A stretch of DNA of 64,000 nucleotides from Nymphaea colorata (taxonomy: Eukaryota). The position numbers were made by a program, and so were the translations under genes. The stretch is taken from contig NC_045138.2 of the NCBI RefSeq assembly GCF_008831285.2, positions 4,836,001 through 4,900,000 of the forward strand, in the 5' to 3' direction. The number at the start of each line of letters is the position of its first letter. Within the stretch, counting starts at the first letter, position 1. The notes below the pieces were generated by a model that saw only the letters and a program-made list of their open reading frames with translations, ran no database searches and was not told the DNA's origin. Below are positions 22,477-35,749 of the stretch, piece after piece.

Positions 22477-23899
22477 GTTTTTGAAATTGTTAGTTGATTT
22501 GGTTTAATGGTCGAGCATCTCGTGCGTTCGGTGCGGCTTAGCATGGGGCTTCGTGCTTAACTCTATCAAGGCAAATTATGTATTTTTTTTGTTATGTTTG
22601 ACAAAGAAACAAAAACTAAAAAGAATTATATTTTTTGTTCTTAGAAGGAACATGTCTGTCTTTTCACACTCAAAGAGAATTTTCAACTCATCCAGTGCAC
22701 CTGGAACACCCTTTTTGTCTTATAAAATGCCTTTTAAGATAAAATTTAAAATTTTGTAGCATCTTTTCTCTTCGAAAAATGCCAACTCAAGGTAGGCTTC
22801 CGGGGATCAGGTTATAAACAAAGAATAGGCAAGCCAGCTTGCCCCCTGTCCCGGCAAACACAAGGCCCGGGTCTGAGGTGGGCTTTCATGCCGAGAACCT
22901 GGTTATATGCGCCATACTGGTGCATGATTTTTCGTGCGCTAATATGGTTAATGACTAAAATACCCTTAATTCACAATGAAAACCAAAGCTCTTTGTAGAG
23001 ACAAAATTGAAAATGAAAAAAATAAAAAGACTATAAAGGACATTCATTTTTAATGAATTACCAAAATGTTATTCCATAATTTTCTCTCTTGATGTGGTCC
23101 CTCTTATGGTGTAACACACAAGGTGAGCTCAGGCCTCATACTTTTATTGACAAAAAAATGACTATAAATATATAAAATATGAACCTCATATATAGGTGGG
23201 ATATAAACTGATGGAGGTTAGTAGTCCTAGTAACCCCATTCTCCCATATCAAAGCAATGAAAATCAACAACAAAGACAGAATATATATATATATATATAT
23301 ATATATATGGATTGATTTATCAAATTGCCCTTCATGATCTTCGTCCCTCTAGCATTGTTAGGTTGAATTAGAATGTTTCCTCAGGCTAAAGAAGTAGCAA
23401 TGAAGAATTTGTTTTTGTTTAGTCTCGGTCTGTCTGTTTGGTGGATAAAGGAAAAAATTGGACGAAATTAAAATTGACAACAAAGGATCACTTGCATTGC
23501 ATGTAAAAAAAAAAAAGTTCTTAGTTCATAGAATGAGGGTCTTCCCATGACACCAGACAGAAAGAAGTTTAAGATTACAAAATTCATGAGAAGATTTAAA
23601 ACAAAAGTGAATACTATCAACCTGCAAGATTTTCTTCAAATTTCTTCATGATATCTCAGTCCTCTAATATTCATCTGAAAAGGGATACTAATCGGCCGCA
23701 AGATGCTATCTTTATTTTTGCTGAGGTCAGTGAATGGACGGTAGCCACCTTTCAAAAACAACTGAAAACCCTTAGGGTTTTTCATTAAATGAACATACAA
23801 GGGATGTTTTTGGTAACTTACACGATTGCTTCAAATAGTATGGGCACTTCCAAATGATTCACCTATCTCCATGTTCTGCATCCATTCAAAGATCTGTCG

Positions 23900-26318
23900 G
23901 CGTAGAGAGCATTGGTTGCGCCAACCTTTCGACCGGATCCTCAGCACGTATGGTCATGACTGATGGGCCAAAATTTCATTTGAGGCACCGATGAAGAGTG
24001 GATGGGATCCCTCGTGTTTGGTGGATCCAAGGTCATCCCAAAAATAAGTTATATGATGGTGGTACATCCACCACATGGAATACATTACAATAACTAGTGT
24101 TTCCAATGATTACGTTCATATCGAGGGTACCCTTGATGTTCATGCCTCAGCCATTGTATTCGTAGATCTTGATATCATCAAAGCGGTATTTGTCTTCACG
24201 AAACCCCAATGCTTTGGCCATGAGATCATGACAAATGTTTAAGCTACTTCCTGCATCGATCAATACATATGGCATAGTCATCTTGTTGACTTGGACTACG
24301 ATGTAAAGGGCATCTTGATTGTAATAACCCCATTTTGTGAGATCTTTTTTTGAAAAGGTAATTGACTAGTCTTTAAAGGTCTGAATCCAATCTCCCTCAA
24401 CCATACGCTCTTTCAAGGGGAGGACCTCACCCAAGTAGCACGAATCTTCATCCGAAGAGTTATCTGATGATTCATTATCACCGCTTCGTAGGATAAAAGA
24501 CTTTAGGATTATGTGAAGTTTTTTGGGTGAACTTTTTCTCTTGTTGTTCTTCACAGCAATAAAATCTAGAGGTTTCTTACTTCGATCTGTCATCATGACT
24601 TTGTATAAACTGCTTCCATCAAAAGGTCGGATGTGATCATGCAGATGATATGGGAGTGGAGTGCCTGTGGTGATCATGGCTACTGCCGCATTCCATGGTC
24701 AGGAAATAGATTCCTCAACACCTCAGGGATGCTATCATCACCAATCTTGAGATCCTTGTTGATGAAGTCTTGAATAATGTTTTTGAGAACAAAACAATTC
24801 TCAGTGTCATGATCAGGGGCACGATGAAACTTACATAGTTTTTCTTTATTTTCTCCCATCATTTTCGGAGGCTCTAATACTTTTGGCAAGACGATAGTTT
24901 CTTTGGCAAAGAGGTATTCTAGGATCTTCTCACGAGACTGACTGAGATGAGTGAATTTTCGGTCATTACCCTAGCCTGGGTGTTTGTTTTTCCTTTTATC
25001 ATTGCCTTGATAAACTACGTGTTCTTCTTGTGACTGATTTCATTGTCACGCTCATAACTGGTGCTGTTGTCCTTTCGAATGCCAACATTAGCTATGAAGT
25101 GTGCAGGCAACTGTGTCCTCTCTCCTTCTTTTCATCTTCGTTGTACTTAAGAGCAATGATTCCACCAAAATCACATTCCTCAATTCCTTCCTTTATTGAA
25201 TTTGCTTGTTCAATCAACTCGACAAAGGTCTTGGTCGAAGCATTATGGATGAGACTTTTCAAGGGCTGGGCAAGATTTTTCCTAATGAGTGACAAAATTT
25301 GTGTTTCAAAAATAGGCTCACTCATATAGTTGCATTAAATTCTCCATTTTTTGGATGAATTCTCGAGCTTTTTCTCATTGTTTCTGATGGAAACTACAAA
25401 TGGTACTGAGGGTTGGAGCCATGGGAGCATTTTGCTCAAATCTTTCGACAAACATATTAATCAATTTGTCAAATTTCTTCAGTACGATTGGGTTGACATT
25501 TTCTTTGTACCATTGTGCAACAATGCCTTCAAGACTTCTTGAAAAATAGCGAAACAAAGCTATGTTATTTGTTCAAATTTTGTAGTAATAATTAAAGATG
25601 GTTGAAAGATGAACGTATGAGCATGTGGTTCCATCATATCTGACAAACTCCTTGGGTAAGCCTTTTACGTTTCGAGTATTTCCCTTTCCCTCTAAGTTCA
25701 AGATTGTTTATTCTTTTCTCCATTTCATAAAACCTGTGCCTAGTCAGACTTTCATCACTTGATTCGACTAATTCCAGCTTTGCTTTTTTTTTTCTTGCCC
25801 TTGATCTCCTTTACTTTCTCTTCAGAACTCTCACTGTCGGAGCAATTGTTGGGGACGTGCTTCTTTGTCTTTTTGCCTTTTCTGGTAGGCTTTTTCTTTC
25901 TTTTGAATTTCTTTTCTGAACTTCTAGTGGTGATAAAACTAGGTGAGCTGCTTTCCACCATAATTTCTTTTCCCTTCTTGCTTTTCTTTGTTGTCTTTTC
26001 TTTCTTAGAAGAAGCAACTTGGGTTTTTCTTCCTTACTAGTTGCTGAATCTGAACCTAGATGATCTTCATCCCGATCTGTAGGAGAAGACTTGTTGTTTT
26101 TCTTCTTTCTCTTTTGCTTGACAGCATTTTCAATTTTTGGTTCTGGAGTAACCATCAGGAGCTTTTGTTCTTCTTGTTCCCTCAAGAATCGCTCCATGAA
26201 CAACCAGAACATAGCCTTTTGGCTCGATTGCTGGGAGGCCAAGTGTTTCTGGCCTAAGTTCGAAAGATGAAACTTCATTATGAGCAGCTTGCTTAGTTTG
26301 TGCTTTGGTCTCAACCAT
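23900..26318 (-). pseudogene. Ogre/Tat-like gag-protease remnant
   Basis: MVETKAQ start at 26318, Lys-rich linker, PKEFVRYDGTTC, FSRSLEGIVAQWY, Zn motif CKFHRAPDHDTENC..LKNIIQ, protease VLIDAGSSLNIC (about 24240-24270) and SYNLFLG*PWIH...PSTLH. Many stops and frameshifts. Confidence 0.85.
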
Positions 26319-26499
26319 CTTGTTGGTTTTTAAGTATTCCCTTTGTGAGACAGGAAAATAAAGAGTAATTGGAAGGAAATAGTGACAAATTGAATGTTCA
26401 TATTGCACGAAGAGTTTTAAAGTTACATTCAAAGAAAATACTGACAAAGATGACAATGACTAAAGATGATGACATAAGAAGTACAAAATAATTTTTTAA

Positions 26500-27724
26500 T
26501 GAAGGATGGATGGTGGTCGGTTGGCATCCCACCACTCGGTATATTCCTTCTTTACCACTGGGCCTAAGAACCAAGTGTATGAAATATGCGTCTTCCATTC
26601 TTGTAGAGCTACTGCAAACAATGCCGCCCATTGAAAAGAACTGATGACGAATTCAGGAATAGATCCGATTAGTGCATGCAAAGAAACCATCTTCTATCTT
26701 TGAAAGGATTGTCTCATGTATCTATCAGCACAGTAGTCAACTATGAACTAAGGGCTCAAGAGTGTGGTACGCCCATAATAATGATGAGTGTATCAAGGTA
26801 GACTCTAACGATGATTGAAATAGTCCCAAATGGTCTCTCATTCATTCAATTGCTCAATCAAATGACGGTATTGCTCTAAGACCATCAATGCTCAATCAGT
26901 GTTTCTGAATAGACTGACTTGAGGTTCTGCATGCTTGAGAAACCACAATTGTAAAACATATGTGCATCCTTCTATGAAGTCGGTATCTCCAATGGTGAAA
27001 CAGGTGAGTCTTCGATAGAGGAAAGCTAAGGTTGTCATTGTTACTGACAAGTGTCGGGTTCCACTATGCCCTCATATTTGAAAAAGTTGGGCAATACGAA
27101 CATCTAGGAGGTCACTTCCGTCGGTAAAAAGAGTCCACTGTACAAAACATCATACAATGTTTAATCATTCTATGACTTTTTGAGGTAAAGTGGAAGGTCC
27201 AACATAGGCTTCAAATTCTTCATACAAGTTTTTTAGGTTTATGCTTTGGCTCTTATGGCTTTCTACTAGAGGCCAAGTTTTTCGTCTAGTAAAGTGAGCT
27301 GTAAGGCCATTTGCATTTACCTTGATCGGGTTCATGAGGAATTGTTTCTCTAATGGTTCACTTGAGTCACAAGTTGGGGTGGGGAGGTCTAGTATTTCAA
27401 CAAATTCATCTAATAATATCGTCATTTCTCCCCATGGAAACCAAAAAGAGGAAGTCCTTGGGTTCCACCGCTCGGCAATTGCATACACCAAATTTCCATC
27501 CACTGATTGCATTCCTCCGTCTGCCATTGTCTTTAGCCCACATTCTTCAAAGTAGGAAGAAAACATCCGAGAGAAGGTGAGATGCCAAGACCGATACCAT
27601 TTGGGAGCCAAATGTTTAGATTCGAGAGAGATGTAAGTAGACTGTTCGGGTCCTTCCTCGAAGAGAATGTGATCATAAGGGAAGGCGACACTATGTTGGA
27701 AAGGATACACCTTGAATGATGACT
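26500..27724 (-). pseudogene. Plant mobile domain (PMD, MAIN/MAIL1-related) extra ORF of the gypsy element, degenerate
   Basis: LVYAIAERWNPRTSSFWFPWGEMTILLDEFVEILDLP in ORF 27165..27710, and LAFLYRRL...EGCTYVLQLW at about 26940-27035. Both are hallmark PMD motifs. Confidence 0.85.
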
Positions 27725-29437
27725 CTGAATGGTAGAGATTAGATTAGAAAAAGATTGATTAGGTTGACAAAGACAGTATGAAGTAAAGGTACATAATGAG
27801 GTTGTAAAAGATTACACAAGGTTTTATGCACATCCATATGTCATTTGAAATAATTTTTGTAGATAAATGAGTATGAGGACCTAATTGAGATAATTTTGTG
27901 CCACGGTAATCCAATGTCAAAGTTATGCTTATATACTTTAGCCAAATGGCTTAGTACGAGCGTAGATTCTTCCTTAAGCAAGTAAGGGTATGATTCATCT
28001 ACTTCTTTTTGATAGCTCATCAATATACCACAAATTACCACTCATGGTACTAACGAGGGGGTTTTTCCACCCAAGGTGTGGTTCAGTTGTAAAGCTTAGT
28101 CATGTGCTACCGCCTAAGATCAAGACCGACAACATGATAACCAAGATAAGTAGGTATGAGGAATTTTGAAATATGAGAAATCATGCAAAATCAGTTGTCT
28201 CTAGTGCAATGTTGCCTAAAATGATGATTAAAATAAATAAAAGAGTAAACATTATCTTCAAACAACTCTTAAATTGAGGAGAGTTGTATTTGATCTTAGA
28301 TCTAAATGAACATGATTGATCATCCTCAATTAGTCTTATATGCAAGAAAACAAATACAATCACTAAGAAATGTAATGAAATGCCGATGAGGTCAAGGTCA
28401 AAGTAGGGGATATGCTTTATCATCGGCAATGTATGAGATGTTAAAGTTAGTGGAAATACATCAATTATAATCATAGTCAAACGATAACGGGTCTCATCAC
28501 GGTCGTCATCTGTTCGCATCACCAAAATTTTTTTGGTTGGTTTTGCAGTGCTCCAGAAAATTGAGTTTTTATTTTGAAAATGAGAGAGAAAGGGACTCGC
28601 CCGACGGTACGAGAATTAGTAGTTCCTGACGCCTTTACTGGGGTAATCAATCCAAGGGCTATGCTTATTATTGATGCATTTCATTTTGGCTTAAACATTT
28701 TTTTTTATTTTATATGCAGTGCAGAAAAATGTTGAAGGTTTTGATGTTTCAAATTTTTGAAGAGGTTCTTGAATAATCACTTGAGAATGAAAAATATTTT
28801 GGGAAAAACTAGGATATAGAAATCTTTGTAAATATCATTTGGAAAACTTGGGAAATCATTTTGAAATCACTTTAGTGTTCTCTTAAGATTTTAAGTATGT
28901 TTGAGATTTTGCTCTAATTCGGTTACTACCTATCTAGTGCTTAAATTTTTTTAGCAATGTGCTTGTAATCATAAGTGGTATTACGTGAATGTGAATGCAT
29001 GAATGCATTGATCCTATATGATTCATTTCTACCACAACATTGTGAATATATGAATGCGTTGATCCTATATGATTCATTTCTACCACAACATTCATCTAAA
29101 AGACATTTCTACCATAACATAGATCTAAGATTTTTGTAATAAATATTTTTGATCAAAAGAAAAAAGGTTTTGAAAATGGAATGAGGTTGTGAACTATCAA
29201 GTATGAATCCAATATTGGATAATTAGTTGAATTTTGGTCTTGATGAAGTCGGTAAATAAAAGATCATGAGAAAACGTTTAAAGGAATGGAAGAGATACAA
29301 TATTCTTATAAAAAGAAGGAGAGAGAGAGAGACAAAGAGACTTCAAAGATCACTAGATGAAAGATTTTGAAATAAGATGATATATATGTATACATATTTG
29401 TATAAGCACTTGAAAATGAAGTCTTAACTTAAATAGA

Positions 29438-29509
<72 letters not shown>

Positions 29510-29699
29510 ACATACATAGAGAGAGACAGATGAAGGAATCATTATGTGCACATATATGTATATAATAAGTATATACATATGTGTCTTCATGAGATTAAAA
29601 ATAAACAAATAGTTTAAAATAACCAACTTCAAGTTTGATGTAGGCCAGAGGGGAGCTTGGACTCATGCAAAAGCCTAAGCTAAGTCTCCAAAGCCACAT

Positions 29700-31569
29700 T
29701 AAAAATGGATCTCTTGATAATATTTTGGAAAACATGATTATAAACATAAAATATAGTTATTTCATTAGTTACAAGGGAATATATTTCTTCCACCATTGGG
29801 TATGGGAGACACTCAAACCACACGATAAGATGCTCAATAGGGTTTTCAATGGGATGATTAAAAGAAAACTAACACAAATTGACATGTAAATGCATATTAA
29901 CATGTACATATTCGTGAGGGTTTTTCCTGAGTTGGACAAGTCCCAACCTCAAAAATTAACATAATTCTCATTCTTACCGTGCATTCACATATAAAAAAAA
30001 TCGAACAACTATGCATAGATAATATGTAAGCAATGTTTAAGGAAAAAAAAAAGAGAGCATGATTCAACTATGAAATAAGATATTATCTCATCTTTTCATG
30101 CTCTCGGTGTACTCATATAGTTATAATAGATATTGAGAGTTATCTCATATAGTTATGAGAAAATGAGGAAGAGAGGAAATAGGAGAAGCAAAATAAGAGA
30201 ATATTCAAGAAATGATATAATATGATTCAAACATAAATTGAAATATCACTTCACCTTCTCATGCTCTCGGTGCACTTAAGAATAACATTTTGACTTTAAA
30301 ATAGAAATTTTAGGGTTATCTTGCATGGCTATGCGGAGATGAAAAAGAGAGAAAATGAAAAAACCAAAACAATGCTACATTCAATAAAGGAAAGAACATG
30401 ATTCAATAATAAATTAAAATAGAGATTCCCAGTGCACTTAAGAATAGCCTCTTGACTCTAAAATAGAGATTTTAGGGCTATCTTGTAGGACCATGAGGAG
30501 ATGAAAAAGGGAGAAAACAAGTCAAAAAAATGAGAGGGATGATGATTACATACTTCTAATTAGAATGACTTCAAGAAAATGAACAACCTTGTTTAAAATG
30601 ATCCTACATCGTCTTGAGTGAACCTCCAAGATGATGAAGATGATGCATCCAAGAAAGTTGCAGTTTGATTAAACTTGCTTTAAGTTGGAGAAGAAGAAGA
30701 AGAATGAGAAGGAAAGAAGAAGAAGGAAATGGAGAAAGAGAGCTAAAACTCTAAGTCCCCAAATGAAAATGCACTAGAGCTTCTCCAAGAGCTAGTTCAT
30801 ACCCAAGGGGGAGGATAATGACGGTTTTTATAGAGAATTTTAGAGTCAAAACTCAAAATTTGATTTTTCTGAATTTTACAACATTTTGATCCGAATTGCA
30901 AATAATTTTGAATTATTTTTTCTAAAAAATAGGTTTTGACTAAGTGGGATTGGCCCCCAATGGGCAGTTTTTGGCAAGAAAACAGTAGGCACTATTGCGC
31001 ACCAGGCGCAACAGCGCCCGACTCTGGGAAAATTGCGCGGCAGTGTGCTGCAGCTATCGCGTAGCGCGACGCTGTGGGATCGCGCGTGCGTGCGCGCGTT
31101 GCGCTGTCGCACGACTTTGCGTCACGGGACGCACAAGCTATTTTTTTTTTAAATTCAATAAAATTTAATAAAATCTGGTAGCATAAAACATTAATATTGT
31201 TTAAACATTCATTTTTTTTATTTAAAGTGTGTAAAAGAAAAGTTCTTTGTTAAAAATGGGCAGTGGACTCCATTTTGAGCGACTCCGAACTTGCTCCAAA
31301 TCTGACTTTGATTTAGTTGATTGTCGACTCATTCGAGCGTGCGACTTAGGTTTAAAACGTGTTTTGGCATGTCAATGAGACCTTAGAACAAAGGGAATGT
31401 CCATGCTCGCGCGACACTCAAATTTTGTCGTTTTGAACGCGATTCAAATTTTGGATTTGAAATGTTTGATTTGGATCTGAACTGCGGCTTTTGACTAATT
31501 TAGATCCAATAATTGGGTTTTGTTTTTTGGTAAAAGAGTAACATTTTGGAAAAATTTGAGGTGATTACA
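29700..31569 (-). repeat. Long LTR of the Ogre/Tat-like element (inner boundary approximate)
   Basis: Starts TG on the minus strand; TATA-like CTCTATAAAAA at about 30825-30835 (minus). Reverse-complement homology to 62690-64000 (29880-29985 vs 63875-64000; 30780-30890 vs 62750-62870). Confidence 0.75.
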
Positions 31570-32339
31570 CAAATATACCAACTGATAATATCATCATGGC
31601 TTTGAAGCAAGACTAAACGCCATATTGTGGTGTCTCATCATTAACGTGATATTGAACATCTTCCGGAATCTTATTCCATTCTTTGATGATTGCTTTAGAT
31701 ATATGGCTAAATAGATCATCGATAAGATACTCATAATTCATGAGTCCTGAAAAACAATGGTCAAAATGCTTAAGAAGAAACAGCCCTGTAAGCAAGAAAC
31801 ACAAACTGGATCTGTTGGAATCGACGACCTGCTCAACTTTCAAATGTCCATTTTTTGGCAAATAAATACTTCTCCATTTGACAAAGTGAATATGATGAAG
31901 CCCAATATTAGAATCTTACCACAATAAATTCGAAAAAGTTCTTTTTCAGCGGGAGATGGAAGTTTGGAGGCAACTTCAGGACCATGATCCCCAATATTGG
32001 GGAACGGTAGGGGCAGAGCCAATACCCTGGCCCCACTTCAATTGTTTTTTTTTTTTAAAAATACATGTAAATGGGGGGTGGGGGGCGCAGCATGTACCCT
32101 GGCCCCACTTCAATTGTTTTTTTTTTTTTAAAAAATACATGTAAATTTTAGAAAATTTTACTGTCTTATAGAAAAATTTTGAAAAATAATATTTCGGCCT
32201 CTTGTCAAAATTTAGAAACTTTAATTCAGCCCTCTCGTGAAAAATTTCTGGCTCCGCCCCTATAGGAACCCCTAGTGTGATATGTTTAGTCTAACAAAGC
32301 CTAATAACATAAGAACAATGCTCCCTTGAAGAGTTGTAG

Positions 32340-32837
32340 CTTGATAAAGGTTGCTTCAAGTTGGAGAAGAAAAATGAGAAGGAAAGAAAAGAAAAATGGA
32401 AAGAGAAACAAATATTCAAATGAAGAAGCATTAGAAATCCCCCAAGGGTTAGCCCCTCTCTCAAGAGAGAAGATTGTGGGGGTATTTATAGGGAGTTTGG
32501 TGTGAAAATTTGAAATTCGAATTCAAGAGGGAAGAGTTTTGGATCCAAAATTCACAATTTGAATTCAAGAGAGAAGAGTTTTAAGCCCAAACTTCAAAAT
32601 TAGAATTTAAGATTTGAATTCAAGATGGAAGAACTTTGGAATTCCTGATTTGGATCTAAGATTGGATTTTGGATCTAATTTGGATTTGATAATTGGATTT
32701 TGAGTTTGAAATGCTAGATTTGGACCTAAACTTAAGTTTAGAAATTTATTTTGGATCGAATAGTTGCAAATTTGTTTTAAATCTAAATAATAAAAGAATG
32801 GCCTTTTTTTTTTTATGAAAAATTTGGCGTGATAACA
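32340..32837 (-). mobile_element. Truncated second copy of the same LTR family
   Basis: Minus-strand start TGTTATCACGCCAAATTTT at 32837; AAGTTGGAGAAGAA...GAGAAGGAAAGAA and the TATA region match 30680-30860. Confidence 0.7.
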
Positions 32838-35350
32838 GCTCCACTCCTTGCAGACCTCTTCCACCACATAAATGGAGTAGAAGCTTCTTTAATGCAACTC
32901 ACAGACCTGTGAACTTTACATATTAGAACTGTGTCATTTGCATAGAATACTCAAGGACTAAGGTCTTCCACCCCAATAATATTTGGAAATCAATATGATT
33001 TCGAGCCCTTCTCTCATCTCAACCTTCTTGACAAAATATCAACCACCAACATGAAAGGCAATGGGGACATAATTGGGTCAGTGTCCGAAACCTCTATGAT
33101 TTTAAAGAAAAAGCCCTTCTTTCCCATTAATTGTCATTGCAAGTGAGGCTGAATTAACACAAGTCATGATCACTCTAGAAACCCATTCCAGATTGAATCC
33201 CAAATGCAAAAGAGCAAGTCTAAGAAAATGCCACCAAACTTTATCATATGCTTTAGATATATCAAACATCAAAAGTAACAACTAAACTTTGTGCCTATCA
33301 AGACTACTGATCATCTCATGAATAAGATGAACTTCATCTTGTATCATAATTCTATTAACCATGACCTTGATAATTATCTTGTATATACAATTACATAAAC
33401 ACAATTGGTTAAACTCCTTAATATTGCTGGCACAATGAAACTTGGTAGTGGGAATTATATGGGACCAATATATAACCTAATGTCTTATTAGTTTCCCCAT
33501 AACAAAAAGGTCCTTCACGGCCTTAGTAATATCTTATCCTACTATCAACCAATAACCAGAGGTGGAGCCACATATGGGCTGGTCATGTGGGCAGTTGCCT
33601 ACACCAGTCCTTCAATGTCTCTTCATTTTTGCATTAAGTTTTTCAAATATTTGTTTTGTTATATACATAGTTCCCCTTTAGATATAAATTTGTGAATGAG
33701 TGTCCTTCCAGAATTTTTTTTCTGGCTCTGCCAATAACTGACACATACATGTCTTCCTTGCTGCATGTAAGCTACAGACAGGGGACCTGCCGGATGAAAT
33801 GAGCGGGAGTTAACAAACAATGAAGGAAGCATTTTTCCGTATGAAATTAAAAAAAAAACATGGAGAGAAATTTTCAGCAGATTCATAATATTAATGATAA
33901 AATGAAAAATTGGTATGATTTATCATAAACATTAGAGAGAAAATTAAAGGCAACTTTCAAGTAATGCTAAAAAAACAAATGTTTATTGTCAAAAGAAACA
34001 CGTTAGCATTTCTCACTGGGTTTATGCCAAATAGTGAGACAAACATTAGCATTTCCTGGGCATGTTGATACGGGAATTAGCAATGTACCTCTTTTCTCAC
34101 TTATACGGGTTCAGATGTTAATTTATTTGATTTGGATTAGATATCCAGCCGAAATATTTTTGAAAAATACAGATATGGAAAAAAATTAATATCGAGTTAA
34201 GATATCAGACCAGATTAGGATTTTTAAAAATGACATTCGCTCAGTTTGGGATTTAGATTCGGAGATACATTAATATCAAATCAGATTCATATTGGATTTA
34301 GTTTTAAATAAACATCCTATGTCCAATAGTGCTCTTATATTTAGTTTTAAATAAATATTCTATATCCAATAAATATCCTTGTACATCAACCTACTTGGAG
34401 ATCGTGCCCAGTGCTCTAAGTGTTTGGGGCTAATGGTTTTCCACCCCTCTCAATACATCAGACACGTTGGGCTTATATAATAAAAAGAGAAAGGTTATTT
34501 CTTTTAACACTTAAAAAAAAAAATCTTAAAAAAAAAAGAAATCAGCTCCCTTTTTCGGCAAATATATAACAAATTATCATTCAACTGTTTAGACTTTAAC
34601 AACGGTTTGCTTGTTAAATGCCCCTACAATTACAGAAAGAACACTTATGAAAATCATAACTGACGATGATCACTGCCAGTCCAACCTACTATACTGTACC
34701 CCTCAAGGCCGCCATGATTGGATTTCTTTCTTGTATACTTTACTGCTGTTGATCTATTTTTATTTTTTTTGCTTTTTCCACTTGCAGGAAACTAGCACGG
34801 AACAGATAGGTATCCATCATTGGATGGTGCCAATATTCACTATCCCCATTTTTTGTAAAAGATTAACAGTGAAGGATGACAACTTGGAAAAGATAGGACG
34901 ATCGAATATTGGACAATGGATTCGCTCTCTCTCTAGGAGACAAATAAAGGTCTTTCTGATCTCTCTTTATCTCATGTGGTTGCTAAATTATACTTCACAG
35001 TACCAAAAGATTCCTGTGATGCTGATTGCTGTAGAAGAATGTAATTACTTTTATGGAGTTTTTACGTGGGAGACATCCAATAAATGCATTACATGGAAGA
35101 ACAGCTCATTTTGATCAGAACTGGTACTTAGGTAGATATGAAAAGTATTTTTTATTTAATACCATTAGACCTAGTATTGCTTGGCGATGATAACAAATAT
35201 GTGTCTATTTTAACGGGAGAAAGATAAAGTGGATATTGCCATGATCAGACGGAATCAATTTCATAGCATTCGGATAACTGATAAGAGAAGACATGATTCC
35301 AGATTTCAAGTTATCTTGTGTATATTTTACTTTGATCGTTTATTTAACTT

Positions 35351-35386
<36 letters not shown>

Positions 35387-35749
35387 TCTAAAGGAGGCTG
35401 TAGGAGGAGGGATTGTGATCGTAAAGAATGTCACATCGGAGAAAATAAAAGAAACCAGCGTAATTCAGGACCATAAGCAAAGAAACGTGTCTGTGAGGTC
35501 TATATCAGTACCATTATGCATAAAATATATATGTTTGTACACTCAAAAAGTCAGACAGCATGTGACCAAGTTCATGAACTCTGATCTTTACATCTGTTTG
35601 GGGTTCATGAACCTGCTGTGCTCAACTCTGAAGTGAAGTCTTGCTAGCTAATCAGTGGGTTAGATGTATATTTGTTTCTTTCATTTCGGCTGCTCTGTAT
35701 TCACTCAGAAACAAATCCTGCTGGAGGATAGGACTCCCACCTTTTTATT

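Larger units (their letters stand above)
23900..31569 (-). mobile_element. Decayed Ty3/gypsy Ogre/Tat-like retrotransposon: LTR - leader - PMD ORF - gag - protease; no RT/RH/IN or second LTR seen
   Basis: Minus-strand LTR start TGTAATCACCTCAAATTT at 31569, plus the coding remnants listed below. The left boundary is uncertain. Confidence 0.8.

Noticed and set aside
31613..31861. ORF with EWNKIPEDV, faintly like CACTA accessory proteins
   Set aside because: A single weak motif, with no TIRs or further domains.
34817..34922. miR171-like sequence (TCATTGGATGGTGCCAATATT) in a foldback
   Set aside because: Only about 15 of 21 positions match, it lies on the wrong arm, and pairing is too short for a miRNA/miRNA* duplex.
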